This document shows, piece after piece, positions 26,801-34,898 of a stretch of DNA of 39,069 nt (positions within the stretch are counted from its first letter, which is position 1; every line of letters begins with the position of its first letter). This DNA comes from a virus (Duplodnaviria; Caudoviricetes), in IMG/VR virus record IMGVR_UViG_3300020151_000582, positions 1 through 39,069 of that record. One strand, given 5' to 3'. The translations under genes were made by a program, and so were the position numbers. Below the pieces are notes generated by a model. It saw only the letters and a list, made by a program, of their open reading frames with translations. It was not told the origin of the DNA and searched no databases.

Positions 26801-28839
26801 AATACACAATTTATTGTGCGGAATTTACTGAAGAAAATGGTGATGTTGTATTTTATAACCCACAACTATCCAATGCAAATAATCAGATAGCAAGATTACG
26901 TAATGATTCATTAGATTTTAAATCCAAAAAAATTAGACTTACTTTATCTAATGTTGCTAATACAACTGGATTGACTTTAGGAAATACTGTTATACAAACT
27001 GGAACTAATGCAAGAGCTGATTTTGTTGGTACTGGTGGGTCTGCAGTTGGAACTCTCAATATTATAAACGCAGGTATTGGATTTACACCGTCAAATGGAA
27101 CTAGTTACACATTTACAAATGTTCAGTTAACATCATTAACTGGTGAAGGTAAAAATGCTACAGCAAATATTACAATAGGATCAAGTGCTGGTGTAAGTGG
27201 AGTTGCTATTGCAGCAACCATAGTTAGCGGTGGATCTGGTTATAGTGTAGGAGATGTATTGACAGCATCTCAGATTGGCAATTTAACTCTAGGTAGAAAT
27301 TTACAGTTATCATTAACTACAATTTCTGGGGTAAATGAATTGGAATTGGATCAAGTTCAAGGTGAATTTGAAATAAGTGGTGTTAAAGACATCAAATATA
27401 TTAATAGTTTAGGAATAACTACTAGTTTGTTTACACTTTCCAGTACACCTTCATACGTATCAGATATTCAAACTTTTAGTTCAGATCAAGATGGTTTACA
27501 TATAAAACTAAATCACAGAAATCATGGAATGCATGATGTAAGGAATAAAGTTATTTTATCTAACGTTTCTTCAGATGTTATTCCAACTAATTTGACTTTA
27601 GATTATCTTGGATCTGATTCTGGTCCTATCAGTATTGCAAGCACTGAGTATTTTGCAACTTTTGAAAATGTTTCTGTTGGTTCTACTAATCCAGGATATG
27701 TAAAAATTGAAAATGAAATTATATCTTATACCGATGTTGTTAATGGGCAACTTATTGGTATTACTAGAGGAATAGATCAAACAAATAGTTATACTTATCC
27801 AGTAGGAACTGTTATTACAAAGTATGAATTAAATAATGTTTCTTTGAGAAGAATAAACAAAACTCATGATCTACAAGATTCAACAGTATCTTCCAATTCT
27901 ATTGGTTTAGATCATTATCACATAAAATTAGATATGTCTAGCAGTGGTATTGATAGGACTACTGGTGTTGGTTTCCCCAAACTCTTTATTGGAGAAACTA
28001 AATCTGCTGGAGGTAGAAGAGTTAGGGCAACTCAAAATATTCAATTTGAGATTGCGAAGCCGATTGTTGAAACAATGACTTTACCTGGAACTTCTATAAC
28101 AGCAGAATTAAAAACTACTTCTGGAACAAGTGTAAGTGGATCTGAAACTTCATTTATAGAACAAGATTCAATACCAATTAGTATGACAGGTAATACTTAC
28201 TTTAGATCCCCTAGATTAATTGCATCTAGAGTAAATGAGGTTGATAAGTTAATCAGCAGTCCAGGATTTAAGTCATTATCAATGACATTCAATCTTGCAA
28301 CATCATCATCACACAAATCACCTGTAATAGATTTGGACAGAGTTGGTCTTGCATTAATTTCAAATAGAGTTAATGATGTAATAACAGACTATGCAACAGA
28401 TGGAAGAACTTCTTCATTAATCAATGACCCTACAGCATTCTCTTATGCATCTAATGTTGTTGCTTTAGAAAATTCTGCAACCTCATTAAAAGTTCTCTTA
28501 TCAGCATACGTGAGTATTTTTAGTGAAATTAGAGTATTCTACTCTATCTCAAATTCACCAGATTCAGATTTAATTTATTACCCATTCCCAGGTTATACTA
28601 ATCTTGATGTAAATAAAAATATAATAAATCCTGCAAATAATAATGGATTATCAGATAAGTTGATTTCCAAAGATTCCGAACTAAGATTTGATAATGGACA
28701 TTTACCATTTGCTGAATATGAATTTAGTATAGATCGTTTACCAGAATTTAGATACTTTAGTATCAAACTAATAGGAACATCAACAAATCAAGCATATCCA
28801 CCAAGAATAAGAGAATTTAGAACAATTGCATTGGCCTAA
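20809..28839 (+). CDS. Large virion structural protein, VrlC-like / DUF4815-type, 2676 aa
   Basis: N-terminal NLNVSPYFDDFD..KNYYKVLFKPG.PIQARELTTLQSILQNQIE, APGADR, KSGIFVDDF, DPLAQSF, C-terminal PPRI.EFR.IALA; follows gp8 as in cyanomyoviruses. Confidence 0.85.
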   Translation: MPQETNLNVSPYFDDFDPNKNYYKVLFKPGYPIQARELTTLQSILQNQIEKFGNHIFKEGSLVIPGRINYTNQLYCVNVQRNYLGTDIGAYTSNLINRAVRGQRSNVKAKIFYILTPEETDRDTYTFYINYLSEGVGDQKTFIDNEALILDEDFVINPSLPFQTNQQVATTAVEDSISIGSAVFLTEGVYFIRGSFVRVPSQTLILESHGTAPTTRVGLEIRENIVSSSQDSSLNDNARGFNNYAAPGADRLQITATLVQRSLETDRHENFIELLVIRGGEVSRLQDNTVYDQLAVELARRTYDQSGDFYVKPFVISSHESLNNNKGNNGIFFAGQRTYSGREPEENLGVYKISPGKAYVKGYEVNNQHVNYLDFPKTRETTTLQNQLINYFTGPSLKLNRSSGLPKIGFTTSVLSLRDTRVGINSNLPSGQEIGVARIYDYQLDGDYSTINPNLNEWSISLYDIQTYTTITLNQSVALTTPTYIQGKASGATGHLRYDSSSGIITAYNVKGNFLVGEKFSFNGIENNRVSTAVTSYGINDVKSVYNEVGTGVSFTADTVLYDAVSYNSVTISPKSGSAPGISTVTSNTLEFNNKVKPGDLVSFTNTLLTNTSVKTFAKVERVTGDYTIVISGINTVANINDGGLPVSTLNSTDFTILQSTFESSTDNTLYTPLPKRYISNVDLTNSSLVIKKEFAVTITSNSSNIIQADVNESFLSFTETRYTLTTSDGVIIPLSRDKFTFTANNTQIQLNGLSVSSGSARLIATLKKSNVSNKVKNKTRVNSLIVNKSQYSRSGVGSTTFDDGLSYGNYGYGLRVQDKDICLLKPDVTKVYGVFESVNTDDPILPKLILTELTGANARVSDTLIGDEIYGNTSGACAISVEQIGLDTIGFVYLNDLRFVTGELLSFVESKVGAKIQSFTEGSPNVVDRYSLESGQRDTICDYSRLIRKDDSKEPKRKLKVIFENGTYLPTDNGDITTISSYNQFNYCDLPQVSGNLKVSDIIDIRPRVSDFDSSNTSASPFEFNGRSFTSYSNSSKNILAPYENIELNYSYYLGRIDKIFVGIDGSFQLVKGSVAENPVPPISIDDSLEIATITIPPYLCHADSCSIKLNEYKRYRMSDIAVLEERIRKLEYYTALSLLEKTTENLHIPDERGLNRYKSGIFVDDFDNRTTQLDIGPVKNSIDKRTKELRPSPFTTQIDLLLGTSEIVSGNQQEDVKFTNNITGTGIKRTGQLLTLDYTEVPAYRQGFATRIENVTPYLVTDYVGSIDLFPASDIWIDQVTMSARSFAADNYTPTRNQLIATGWDPQTGLSPTMWSEWVLGDWVGQPRVEEQTFLTGADIEFNGESLSLSTSSQTISKTYQDRLRTRTGTRARFGESTTPPQSEGSFVTGTEVIPYMRSRNIEFTGKKFKPLTRLYSFFDGIDVNRFIVPKLLEIRMISGSFTVGEIVTGTMTTGSETETPTASTPDIKFRVAKSNHRYGPISNPTDVYISSPYDRTYTIPESYSSSSTILNIDTSSLASMSEALTSGFVQVGMRIRGSSGEAVITDVKLVADDVGTIIGTFFIPDPNIPTNPRFETGTKVFRLTNSQANSSTGGFVSSGGEEQFFAQGSRSQNTEVVRSTRIATFTPINVEPQTEILQNQEIARSTTPVPSVPGTISIPLPPPPDPGPPPRSGNPAPIVTPEPQRPATVQVPVPVPVIITRPPDIKTSTPVSTVTKNPPKANVVILGFPGGNSHTNGYIKGAPPTTVLSNGTTRPSTPSEINKARDTLGDNAFKSLGANAVGNFLGQKNATPVQRNTTNVLTNNNNISGRSTAVAIPAKNPPPPPPPPSNSGKGNGGGNKNCGKRDPLAQSFFISDADGRFVTSVDVYFRTKDPLVPVMLELRTMINGYPSSIVYPFSRVVLEPYQVIESYDGSVATRFTFPSPVWLESGEHAIVLLSDSNEYTVWISRLGELDVATANLPESRQIVVSNQTVLGSLFKSQNATTWTPSQYEDLKYTIYCAEFTEENGDVVFYNPQLSNANNQIARLRNDSLDFKSKKIRLTLSNVANTTGLTLGNTVIQTGTNARADFVGTGGSAVGTLNIINAGIGFTPSNGTSYTFTNVQLTSLTGEGKNATANITIGSSAGVSGVAIAATIVSGGSGYSVGDVLTASQIGNLTLGRNLQLSLTTISGVNELELDQVQGEFEISGVKDIKYINSLGITTSLFTLSSTPSYVSDIQTFSSDQDGLHIKLNHRNHGMHDVRNKVILSNVSSDVIPTNLTLDYLGSDSGPISIASTEYFATFENVSVGSTNPGYVKIENEIISYTDVVNGQLIGITRGIDQTNSYTYPVGTVITKYELNNVSLRRINKTHDLQDSTVSSNSIGLDHYHIKLDMSSSGIDRTTGVGFPKLFIGETKSAGGRRVRATQNIQFEIAKPIVETMTLPGTSITAELKTTSGTSVSGSETSFIEQDSIPISMTGNTYFRSPRLIASRVNEVDKLISSPGFKSLSMTFNLATSSSHKSPVIDLDRVGLALISNRVNDVITDYATDGRTSSLINDPTAFSYASNVVALENSATSLKVLLSAYVSIFSEIRVFYSISNSPDSDLIYYPFPGYTNLDVNKNIINPANNNGLSDKLISKDSELRFDNGHLPFAEYEFSIDRLPEFRYFSIKLIGTSTNQAYPPRIREFRTIALA

Positions 28840-28841
28840 TT

Positions 28842-29090
28842 ATGGATAATAACTATTTAAAAGTAGAAGGATATTCTAATCTTGTTAGAGATCCAAATAC
28901 AAATGCTATCCTTAATACAGACAATAGGGGATATAATTACTATGTTAATGCTAGAAATTCCAAAAGACATGAATTGAATAGAATTGACAGAATTGAATCT
29001 GATCTTGGAAATTTTAAAAGTGATTTGGATGAACTGAAATCTAGTATTGATGACATTAAAATCTTATTGAGGAAAATTGCAAATGGTTGA
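28842..29090 (+). CDS. Small coiled-coil protein, 82 aa
   Basis: KVEG..NLVRD..TNAILN N-terminus and heptad-pattern C-terminus. Confidence 0.8.
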   Translation: MDNNYLKVEGYSNLVRDPNTNAILNTDNRGYNYYVNARNSKRHELNRIDRIESDLGNFKSDLDELKSSIDDIKILLRKIANG

Positions 29091-29259
29091 TCATAATGAT
29101 ATTCAATTAAATAATATTTCAAAATCATTTGAATATGAGAAATTATCTAGAGATATAGATAATATAGATGATATTAATGCTTTGAGAAATTTAACTAAAT
29201 CTTATATTAAATTATATTTTCAGCAACAAGAGGTTATTTCTAACTTAGGGCAGTTGTAA
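29083..29259 (+). CDS. Small helical protein, NblA-like (putative phycobilisome degradation adaptor), 58 aa
   Basis: ATG 29083. IQL....SF......I..I.D...LR.L...YIKLYFQQQEVI pattern resembles the NblA helix-loop-helix; similarity judged by eye only. Confidence 0.45.
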   Translation: MVDHNDIQLNNISKSFEYEKLSRDIDNIDDINALRNLTKSYIKLYFQQQEVISNLGQL

Positions 29260-29261
29260 AA

Positions 29262-30101
29262 ATGGCAAAACCATCCTCAAGACAAGAATTAATAGAATAT
29301 TGTTTACGAAAACTTGGAGCACCGGTTTTAGAAATAAACATAGCTGAAGACCAAATTGACGATTTGGTTGATGATGCAATTCAATTTTTTCAAGAGAGAC
29401 ATTTTGATGGTGTCTCTCAAATGTATTTGAAACATCAAATTACACAAGATGATATTTCCAGAGGTAGAGCCACATTTGGTGGGGTTGGTATTGCATCTAC
29501 AAGTGCTACTACCACAATAGCTGGAACACCAACAACATTTAACTATTTTGAAAATTCTAACTATCTACAAGTTCCACCTTCTATCATTGGAATTAATAAG
29601 ATTTTTCTTTTTGAAGGATCTAATAGTATCTCAAGTGGAATGTTTAGTATAAAATATCAATTATTCTTAAATGATATTTACTATTGGGGATCAACAGAAC
29701 TTTTGACTTATTCCATGGTTAAAAGATATCTTGAAGATATTGACTTTTTATTAACAACACAAAAACAAATAAGATTCAATCAAAGAATGGATAGGTTGTA
29801 TCTAGATATCGATTGGTCTAGTGTTACAGTTGGACAATACTTAGTACTTGATTGTTATAGAGCATTAGATCCAAATGATTACAGTAGAGTTTGGAATGAT
29901 TCATTTTTAAAACCATATTTAACCTCATTAATCAAGCGTCAGTGGGGACAAAATTTGATTAAATTCCAGGGTGCTAAACTTCCAGGTGGCATAGAACTAA
30001 ATGGTAGACAATTATATGATGACGCACAAAGAGAAATTGATGAGATTATGAATAAGATGTCTTCAACATATGAGTTACCACCTCTAGACATGATTGGGTA
30101 G
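29262..30101 (+). CDS. gp13: Neck protein gp13
   Basis: SRQELIEYCLRKLGAPVLEINI..DQIDD, WLK-type region FLKPY..SLIKRQWGQNLIKF.G..LPGG..LNG. Confidence 0.95.
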   Translation: MAKPSSRQELIEYCLRKLGAPVLEINIAEDQIDDLVDDAIQFFQERHFDGVSQMYLKHQITQDDISRGRATFGGVGIASTSATTTIAGTPTTFNYFENSNYLQVPPSIIGINKIFLFEGSNSISSGMFSIKYQLFLNDIYYWGSTELLTYSMVKRYLEDIDFLLTTQKQIRFNQRMDRLYLDIDWSSVTVGQYLVLDCYRALDPNDYSRVWNDSFLKPYLTSLIKRQWGQNLIKFQGAKLPGGIELNGRQLYDDAQREIDEIMNKMSSTYELPPLDMIG

Positions 30102-30109
30102 AAACTTCC

Positions 30110-32536
30110 ATGGCACTTAATCCATTTTTTCTGCAAGGATCAATAACTGAACAAGGTCTTTTACAAGATCTTGTAAATGAACATTTAAAAATTTATGGTG
30201 TAGACGTTCATTATATCCCAAGACAATTTATAAATGAAAAAACTATAATAAAGGAAGTAATAAGTTCTGATTTTAGATATGCATATCCAATAGAAGCTTA
30301 TGTAGAAACATACGATGGGTATGGTAATGTTGGTACTTTGATGTCAAAATTTGGAATACAGGAATTAGATGATTTAACTTTAACAATATCCAGAGAAAGG
30401 TATGAAGTCTATTTAAAACCAATATTACAAAATTTACCTAATTTAAAGCTTTATGATAGACCAAAAGAAGGCGATTTAATATATTTCCCATTGGGAGATA
30501 GATTATTTGAAATCAAATACGTTGAACACGAAAAACCATTCTACCAATTAAAAGGAAATTATACATATGAACTAAAATGTGAATTATTCAGATATAATAA
30601 TGAAGTTGTAGATACCGGTATAGATTTTATAGACGATAACGTTGAGAATGAAGGTTATACTCAAACATTTAGAATGATAGGTATTGGATCTTTACCTTCA
30701 GCTACTGCTGGATTGGTACTTGGTGGTATCAGATATATTACATTACAAAATAGAGGTAATAGATACACATCCACACCAATTGTAGCAATATCTTCATCCC
30801 CAAGTATAAATGGTTCTGCTTCTGGAATTGCTACTATGATAAGTGGCATAACAGATTTATGTGAACCAAATTCCTCTTTACAGAGAATACAAGGAGTAGA
30901 ATTAATTAGATCTGGATTTGGTTATACAACACCCCCATCAGTCTCATTTGTTGGTGGTGGGGGGCAAGGTGCAAAGGCAACTGCAGTTATAGGTAATGGC
31001 ATAGTAGGAATTATTACAATAACTAATGGTGGTTATGGATATGAATCACCCCCTGTAGTAACTTTCTCAGAACCAGGATCCGCTTCAACTGCGACTGCTA
31101 CATTAACTGCAAATATAAATTCATCTGGATTTGTAACTTCCATATCAATAAATGATCAACAGGGATTTTTTGACAACGATAGAGAATTTTCTTTCCCAAA
31201 TCCAATTTTAACAACTGCATTATTATCACCAACAATTAATCAAACTATAATATCAAATATTTCAATTACAAATCCAGGTGCAGGGTATACCTCAATAGTT
31301 TCAAATAATATTAAATTCACTGGAGGTGGTTTATCTACATCTACATACAAATTTGGATCTTCATGTACATTTTTAGATGGAACAACATCAGATATAAATT
31401 CTAAAGATATTAATTCTGATATTTTTAGAAATGGTAGAGTAGATTTTTTCTTAAAGTTAAGTAATACTGCTCAGGCAGGTACATTAGTATACGCAAATGG
31501 TTTGTATGGAAGTTGTGAATGGAAAATAAATTTAAAAAACAATTATAGAATAGAAATAAGCGTTCTTAATGATATTGGAACATTCGAAGTTCCAATTAAT
31601 TTAAATGATAATCAATGGCATTATATTTCATTCCAAAAAACTCAGACTTCTTATTCTGGATATAATACAATAATTGTAGTTGATGGATCACATTTCACGT
31701 TATCATTACCAGAACCAAATTTATATGTGGCATCAGAAGGAATATTAATAAAAAATAGTATTGATACAAATTGCTATATTGATGAATTTAGAATCGAAAA
31801 TGACTGTGTAAATTTAGATAATAGTGTCCCAATAACTGGATTTACAACAACAAATAATACTCTATTTTTATATAATTTTGAACATGCTTCAGCAACACCA
31901 ATTATTTCTAATGGTAAAATTGTTGGAATTAATACAACATATTCTGGATCTGGGTATAGTCAAAATCCAATAGTAATAATTTCAGATCCAACTAAACTTA
32001 TAACTGCGAAAGGAAGACCATTAGTTAATATTGCAGGAATTATAACATCAGTTATAGTAACAAATCCTGGATTTGGGTATTCCACATCACCATCAGTAAG
32101 TATTGCAACTTCATCTTTTGTTAGAGAAAGGGCATTAGCAAGATCTCATATTAATTCATCTGGAGTTGTAACTTCTATTGGTATTATTAATGCCGGTGTT
32201 GGTTATACACAACCACCAACAATATCATTCTCATCACCACCAATATCTGGTACAGGATCATTTACTTTTAATGAAGTTGTTGTTGGATCAATTAGTAGTA
32301 TACGAGGTAGGGTTAAATCTTGGGATGGAGAAACTAGAACACTTGTCTTATCAAATATTAATGGAGAATTTTTAAGAAATGAATATTTAATAGGTCAAAG
32401 TTCTGGTGCAAATTATAAGATAAGTTTTATAAATACTGATAATCTTCAAGATCCATTTGCACAGAATTACGAAATACAACAAGAAGCGTCTGGAATAATA
32501 GATTTTACAGAAAATAACCCATTTGGCACAGTTTAA
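30110..32536 (+). CDS. gp14: Neck protein gp14 with large internal insertion, 808 aa
   Basis: EQ.LLQDLV.E..KIYG.DV.YIPR, SKFGI...D, RPKEGDLIYFPL...LFEIKYVEHEKPFYQL, C-terminal DFTE.NPFG. Confidence 0.9.
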   Translation: MALNPFFLQGSITEQGLLQDLVNEHLKIYGVDVHYIPRQFINEKTIIKEVISSDFRYAYPIEAYVETYDGYGNVGTLMSKFGIQELDDLTLTISRERYEVYLKPILQNLPNLKLYDRPKEGDLIYFPLGDRLFEIKYVEHEKPFYQLKGNYTYELKCELFRYNNEVVDTGIDFIDDNVENEGYTQTFRMIGIGSLPSATAGLVLGGIRYITLQNRGNRYTSTPIVAISSSPSINGSASGIATMISGITDLCEPNSSLQRIQGVELIRSGFGYTTPPSVSFVGGGGQGAKATAVIGNGIVGIITITNGGYGYESPPVVTFSEPGSASTATATLTANINSSGFVTSISINDQQGFFDNDREFSFPNPILTTALLSPTINQTIISNISITNPGAGYTSIVSNNIKFTGGGLSTSTYKFGSSCTFLDGTTSDINSKDINSDIFRNGRVDFFLKLSNTAQAGTLVYANGLYGSCEWKINLKNNYRIEISVLNDIGTFEVPINLNDNQWHYISFQKTQTSYSGYNTIIVVDGSHFTLSLPEPNLYVASEGILIKNSIDTNCYIDEFRIENDCVNLDNSVPITGFTTTNNTLFLYNFEHASATPIISNGKIVGINTTYSGSGYSQNPIVIISDPTKLITAKGRPLVNIAGIITSVIVTNPGFGYSTSPSVSIATSSFVRERALARSHINSSGVVTSIGIINAGVGYTQPPTISFSSPPISGTGSFTFNEVVVGSISSIRGRVKSWDGETRTLVLSNINGEFLRNEYLIGQSSGANYKISFINTDNLQDPFAQNYEIQQEASGIIDFTENNPFGTV

Positions 32537-32538
32537 AA

Positions 32539-33540
32539 ATGTTTGAATATTTTTATCACGAAATTTTAAGAAAAACAATTGTTACTTTTGGAACTCTTTT
32601 TAACGATATCAAAGTTCAAAAGAAAGATTCTAATGGTTCTATTATTGAAATAACAAAAGTGCCATTAGCATATGGTCCAACTCAAAAATTCTTAGCGAGA
32701 TTAGAACAATCTCCAGATTTAAATAAGCCAGTTCAAATTACATTACCAAGAATGTCATTTGAATTTGTTGGATTATCTTATGATTCATCTAGAAAATTGG
32801 CAGCAACACAAACATTTGCAACTACAGTAAAGGGTGATGGAGCAGATATTAGAAAAGCTTACATGCCAGTTCCATATAATATGGATTTTCAATTATCCAT
32901 AATGACACAATTGAATGATGATATGCTTCAAATAATAGAGCAGATATTACCATATTTTCAACCATCTTTTACACTAACCGTAGATTTAGTAGATACAATA
33001 GGAGAAAAAAGAGACATACCGTTAACTTTAGATAATATTACAATGCAAGATGACTATGAAGGAGATTTTAATACTAGAAGAGCTTTAATCTATACTTTAA
33101 ATTTTACAGCAAAAACTTATGTCTTTGGTCCTATTTCTGGTACAGAAACTTCCAAAGATATTATCAAAAAAGTTTCTATTGGATTTGTTGCTGGTGATAG
33201 TGGTTCATCTAGAAGTATTACATATAGTACGGAAACTACAGCAACTAAAAATTATACAGGTACATCCGAAACAAACTTATCGGTAGATATTGAACCTTCT
33301 GATTTACAAATAACAGTAGATGATGCTTCAAATATACCAATTAGATCTTATATTGTGATAGATGAAGAAACTATGTATATTAAATCAAAACAAAATAATG
33401 TTTTGATTGTTGAACGTGGGGCATATAATACAAATGCATTAAATCATGTATTGGGATCTCAAGTTAGAAAAATAACTACTGCAGACAACAACTTAATTGA
33501 AGGTGGTGATGATTTTGGATTTAGTGGATCTATATCATGA
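32539..33540 (+). CDS. gp15: Tail sheath stabilizer / tail terminator gp15
   Basis: YFYHEILRK.IV.FGTLFN, VPLAYGP.QKFLARL, LPRMSFE, QIIEQILPYFQP, DDYEGDF..RR. Confidence 0.95.
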   Translation: MFEYFYHEILRKTIVTFGTLFNDIKVQKKDSNGSIIEITKVPLAYGPTQKFLARLEQSPDLNKPVQITLPRMSFEFVGLSYDSSRKLAATQTFATTVKGDGADIRKAYMPVPYNMDFQLSIMTQLNDDMLQIIEQILPYFQPSFTLTVDLVDTIGEKRDIPLTLDNITMQDDYEGDFNTRRALIYTLNFTAKTYVFGPISGTETSKDIIKKVSIGFVAGDSGSSRSITYSTETTATKNYTGTSETNLSVDIEPSDLQITVDDASNIPIRSYIVIDEETMYIKSKQNNVLIVERGAYNTNALNHVLGSQVRKITTADNNLIEGGDDFGFSGSIS

Positions 33541-33974
33541 AAAATAAATATACTGAATTAAATGATGCTTTTAATTTAGAAGATACCAGTATCATTCCAT
33601 CTCAAGATAAATCAATATCAAATGTTACTGTTGAAATTGAAACCTCATCAAATGATGTAAAAAAAGATTATGAGTATACAAGAGGAAATTTATATTCAAT
33701 TATAGAAAAGGGTCAAGAAGCTTTAGATAATGCTTTAGAACTAGCAGTAGATGGAGGACAACCACGAGCTTACGAAGTTGTTGGTCAGTTAATAAAAAAT
33801 GTTTCTGACGCTACGGATAAATTATTAGATTTACAAAAAAAATTAAAAGAAATTGAAAATGAAAACCCTTCAAAAACACCAACAAGCGTAACCAATAATG
33901 CTCTGTTTATAGGTTCAACAGCAGAATTATCTAAATTTTTAAAATCTAATAAAGAACAATTGACGGATAAATAA
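33537..33974 (+). CDS. gp16: Terminase small subunit gp16
   Basis: DYEYTRGNLYSIIEKGQEA, PRAYEV.GQLIK, NNALFIGSTAEL.K.LK; follows gp15. Confidence 0.93.
   Translation: MKNKYTELNDAFNLEDTSIIPSQDKSISNVTVEIETSSNDVKKDYEYTRGNLYSIIEKGQEALDNALELAVDGGQPRAYEVVGQLIKNVSDATDKLLDLQKKLKEIENENPSKTPTSVTNNALFIGSTAELSKFLKSNKEQLTDK
33967..33973 (+). promoter_or_regulatory. T4-type late promoter motif
   Basis: ATAAATA overlapping the gp16 stop. Confidence 0.55.
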
Positions 33975-33996
33975 TTAATAAAGATAATTTAGCAAG

Positions 33997-34617
33997 ATGT
34001 CAGGTGTAATTTCTGCCAATTACGAACTTGAAAAGGGGGCCGATTTTATTCAAAATATTGTATTTAGAAATCCAGATAGATCACCTTTGGATTTGACTGG
34101 ATACAGTGCATCTGCAAAAATAAGAAAATATCCAACCTCACAATATTACAACACAGTTAATGTAATTTTTAGCAATAGATCTCAAGGTCAAATACGCTTG
34201 TTTATTAATAGAGATCAAACTTTACTTTTAGCACCTGGTAGAAATTATTATGATGTGATGTTAACAGATCCAGATGGGATTACATCAAAGAAAATAGAAG
34301 GAAGTATCTTAGTAAATAATAGTTCCACAGTAGGATTTGTAAGATCTTCGTCAATATCTGATCTTGGAACAATAGATACTTCAAATATAGCAATTGGATC
34401 TGGGTCAACTACTGGAATTGGAACTACCGCTGGATCTGGTGATGGATATGTATTAATGTTTGATGGCAATGCACAAACATTTAGATTTGTTAATCCAGAT
34501 GATGTTTTATCTAAAGCAACAACAGAACCACAACAACCTGGATTACCATCAGATTTTATAGATGAATTGGATAAAGAGCTTGACGATAGGATTAATATCG
34601 ATGCCGGCACTTGGTAG
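33997..34617 (+). CDS. Virion structural / fibre adaptor-like protein, 206 aa
   Basis: N-terminal LEKGADF......DLTGYSASAKIRK...L.PGR.YYDV.LTD......KIEG.I.V domain typical of phage baseplate/fibre adaptors; C-terminal IDAGTW. Confidence 0.7.
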   Translation: MSGVISANYELEKGADFIQNIVFRNPDRSPLDLTGYSASAKIRKYPTSQYYNTVNVIFSNRSQGQIRLFINRDQTLLLAPGRNYYDVMLTDPDGITSKKIEGSILVNNSSTVGFVRSSSISDLGTIDTSNIAIGSGSTTGIGTTAGSGDGYVLMFDGNAQTFRFVNPDDVLSKATTEPQQPGLPSDFIDELDKELDDRINIDAGTW

Positions 34618-34624
34618 ATAAATA
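34618..34624 (+). promoter_or_regulatory. T4-type late promoter motif
   Basis: ATAAATA directly after the stop codon. Confidence 0.55.
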
Positions 34625-34645
34625 ACTAATAACATTTGTATTAGT

Positions 34646-34861
34646 ATGGATCTACAGTATCCAATAGACACTTCAAATTTAAATGATGGGTATATTTTAA
34701 TTTTTGATTATGAAAATTTAAAATACAAATTTGTAAATCCAGATGAAGTTTTATCTCTTGCCGTAACAGATCCACAACAACCTGGATTACCATCAGATTT
34801 TTTATCTTTATTAGAAGTTGATTTAGACAATAAAATAAATTTGGATGGAGGAAACTGGTAA
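34646..34861 (+). CDS. Small protein paralogous to the C-terminus of the upstream gene, 71 aa
   Basis: Shares DGY.L.FD......FVNPD.VLS.A.T.PQQPGLPSDF...L...LD..IN.D.G.W with ORF 33997..34617. Confidence 0.8.
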   Translation: MDLQYPIDTSNLNDGYILIFDYENLKYKFVNPDEVLSLAVTDPQQPGLPSDFLSLLEVDLDNKINLDGGNW

Positions 34862-34892
34862 ATAAATAATAGTACTAATAAAAGTATAAATA
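34859..34892 (+). promoter_or_regulatory. Clustered late promoter motifs
   Basis: TAAATAAATA 34859-34868 and a perfect TATAAATA at 34885-34892. Confidence 0.65.
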
Positions 34893-34898
34893 AGGTCC

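Noticed and set aside
8045-28839. Inteins, introns or stop-codon recoding as the cause of the giant ORFs
   Set aside because: No intein splice-junction or homing-endonuclease motifs were recognised. Genes tile tightly under the standard code, and TAG, TAA and TGA are all used as stops.
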